This document shows positions 61,721 to 64,000 of a stretch of DNA of 64,000 bases, piece by piece. A program made the translations under genes and the position numbers. Position 1 is the first letter of the stretch; the number at the start of each line of letters is the position of its first letter. This DNA comes from Phoronis australis (lineage: Eukaryota; Animalia; Phoronida), in contig NMRA01000104.1 in the NCBI GenBank assembly GCA_002633005.1, forward strand, positions 268,070 through 332,069. Direction: 5' to 3'. The notes beneath the pieces are model-generated. The model saw only the letters and a list, made by a program, of their open reading frames with translations, was not told where the DNA came from and searched no databases.

Positions 61721-63319
61721 TTATACCGATACATTCTATTCAAGTACGGTGTGTACTCCTGGTCGCGCTCAAGATAACACATGTGTCAAAGTAAGAGAAC
61801 GCGACCGGACATACTTTCCAGTGCATTCATGGACAATGTTTACTGCACATAATGCACTGAGACCCATACAGGTAATTCCGCGTCATGGCATGGCGTTGTT
61901 GGGTGCTATCATCCCGGGGAATCCTCAGTGCACTGTGGCCCTGCTAAATATCGTGGCAATCCGAAGTTATCTGTAGTCACGGTTGTTTTTGATAACGAGT
62001 AATTGCTTGTATTAATAATCTGGAACTTACAGTTAATGCTATTTGTTTTATTTAGTTATGTTTTCGACATGCTACTGGCGGATCTAGTATTCGCCCTGTC
62101 ACAAGACCAGGTGGCAACACCGTCGCGTCCACACACCTGGAACTCTAGAAATGCCAAACTTGTCATGGAAATCTGCAAAATTTCACGAGTCCGCTGAAAA
62201 TTAGTTCAGCAAAGAGACAATTTCCGATAAAGGGAAGTAGAAGACTTGAAATACAGTTATGAAAAGTAGAAATGGTCGCTTGACATTGCTTTTGATGCCC
62301 GACACAGAAAATAGGCCTACTGTCGTGCGCTTCATCAGGTCTGAAACCGCCAGAATGGGGGAAATGATCTGACTGCATAGAAATAAGAAGAGTAGACGAG
62401 GACGTGGTCTAAGCTGAGTCGGAGAAAAATGCCCTCGTAAGCCCCAAGAAGGGAGGGGGGTGTGCCGAAGAAGTTATGATTTTGGCATGCGCGGGAGTTG
62501 GACCCGGCCCCCTGATGGCCTGCTCACCAAGTTGAGAGGTTAAAATCTTTATTTGTGGTGGGTAGCCTGATCAGCAAAATTTACTGTTTCCCTAAATGGT
62601 CCACTGAAAACCGTGTATAAAATAAATTCCATACAATAACGAATGAAAGAGATAACATAAATGTAGAGCAGAAAATTGTTATAGATGCCACTATATACCA
62701 TAACCATTAGAAATAATGAAGGAAGTCGTTGAAGAGGTGAAATAACAAACATGTAGTGGTTCATATATTCAAAATCGGGCAGTTTTACCTACGAACCGTT
62801 AACACGGTTTTAGATCTTCATGGACGAAGCCTTTGTCAAAATGAAGCGTACTAGTGAGTGAGTAAGGTCACTTTTCAATGACGAGACGTTGGTTATGACG
62901 AGCGCTCCATCTGTTGTCACAATGAGAAACGCGCTCCAATTTCAGTGAACTCTGTTTAGCTTAGGCCCTGTGTACACTTGTGCGCTCGTCGTCGGTACTT
63001 AGTTCCTCGGCCTCTGAGCTTGAAGGATAACGTTTTGTGAGTAGGTCTACCGCCTGGAAACTTGATTTACAACAGCATATGTAACCAATCACAGGCCAAG
63101 AATCCCATTCTTAGTATCCGGTCGCGGTAGATTACGGGGGTACCAGCAAACATTCGGTGGGGACCCGTTTGATATCGATCATTTGACGCTAGATCTCTTT
63201 AGTCCGGGAGCCAAATGCTGTTTTTTACTTAACCTGGATTTGCCGGATAAGTATTTCACGTAGCCTAGGCATAGTTAATCATGATTTAGGGGGGTGACCG
63301 TGTGCAACCCTTGAGCATT

Positions 63320-64000
63320 TTTTAAAATATGCAAATTAAGGACGCCATAATGCAAAATTATATTTTTGCTTATTATTTCTTTACTAAGCACTGCAGTCAG
63401 ATTATTTTGATGTATTCGTTCTTGTTTCCATGGACAACGAATTCAATAGTGACAGTTTTTGGGTGGATACATCGTCAATTTGCATAATTTATGCAAATCA
63501 AGGCCGCCATTATTCGAAATTCATTGTTGTAATAGCTACGGTTCCAAGCACCACAGGTGAACTATCATAACATATGCACTGGTGTTCCTACGGTCAACTA
63601 GTTTAATGAAATCAGTTTGTTAGTAGGTACATGATAAATATGCATAATTAATGTAAATTAAGGCCACCATTATTCGAAATAATATTTTTGCTTATAACGC
63701 CCTTACCAAGCACTGCAGACAGGTTACTTTAATGTTTATACCGATGCATCCATGATCGGTGAATTTAATGGATACATCGTGAATTGATATAATATATGCA
63801 AATTAAGGCCGCCATTATTCAAAATTCCACTTTTGCATATTGCTGAAGTATCAGGCACCCCAGGTAAACTATTTTAACGTCTTCACCAATTTTTCTATGG
63901 TCAATTAATTTAATGAAATAAGTTGGCAAGTTGTTGCATGATAAATTTGCATAATTTATACACATAAAGGGAAAGTATTCGAAATACTGTTTCTGCGTAA
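63320..64000 (+). repeat. Degenerate ~150-160-nt tandem repeat array (satellite or transposon-internal), running off the window
   Basis: Motif ATGCAAATTAAGGCCGCCATTATTCGAAAT recurs near 63329, 63491, 63651 and 63796. Confidence 0.8.

Overview
AT-rich, intron-rich animal genomic DNA, most likely from an invertebrate bilaterian; the species cannot be determined from sequence. Three complete spliced genes were reconstructed by hand from GT-AG sites with consistent exon phases. They are a kinesin-8 KIF19 orthologue (+, 19 coding exons, 11165-33574, ~1047 aa), an ERI2-type DEDDh exoribonuclease with a C-terminal GRF zinc finger (-, 9 exons, 44550-35676, ~504 aa) and a GGA clathrin adaptor with VHS-GAT-hinge-GAE domains (+, 17 exons, 44888-58911, ~742 aa). 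ERI2 and GGA are head-to-head about 340 bp apart, and KIF19 and ERI2 are tail-to-tail. The first ~11 kb has no recognisable gene and contains a 1.66 kb near-identical duplication flanking an N gap, probably two uncollapsed haplotypes. Introns carry non-autonomous DNA transposons (TTAA/Kolobok-like, Tc1-mariner-like, Helentron/DINE-1-like), minisatellites and microsatellites. The most unusual signal is a recurrent pattern of exon-end echoes: local duplications that copy an exon 3' end, in two cases with its 5' splice site, into the following intron. Other points of interest are an in-frame uORF ending 3 nt before the KIF19 ATG, a 27-nt microexon, and motif changes in the GGA hinge and VHS domain. 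I found no prokaryote-type system (CRISPR, operon) and no convincing new protein-coding system.
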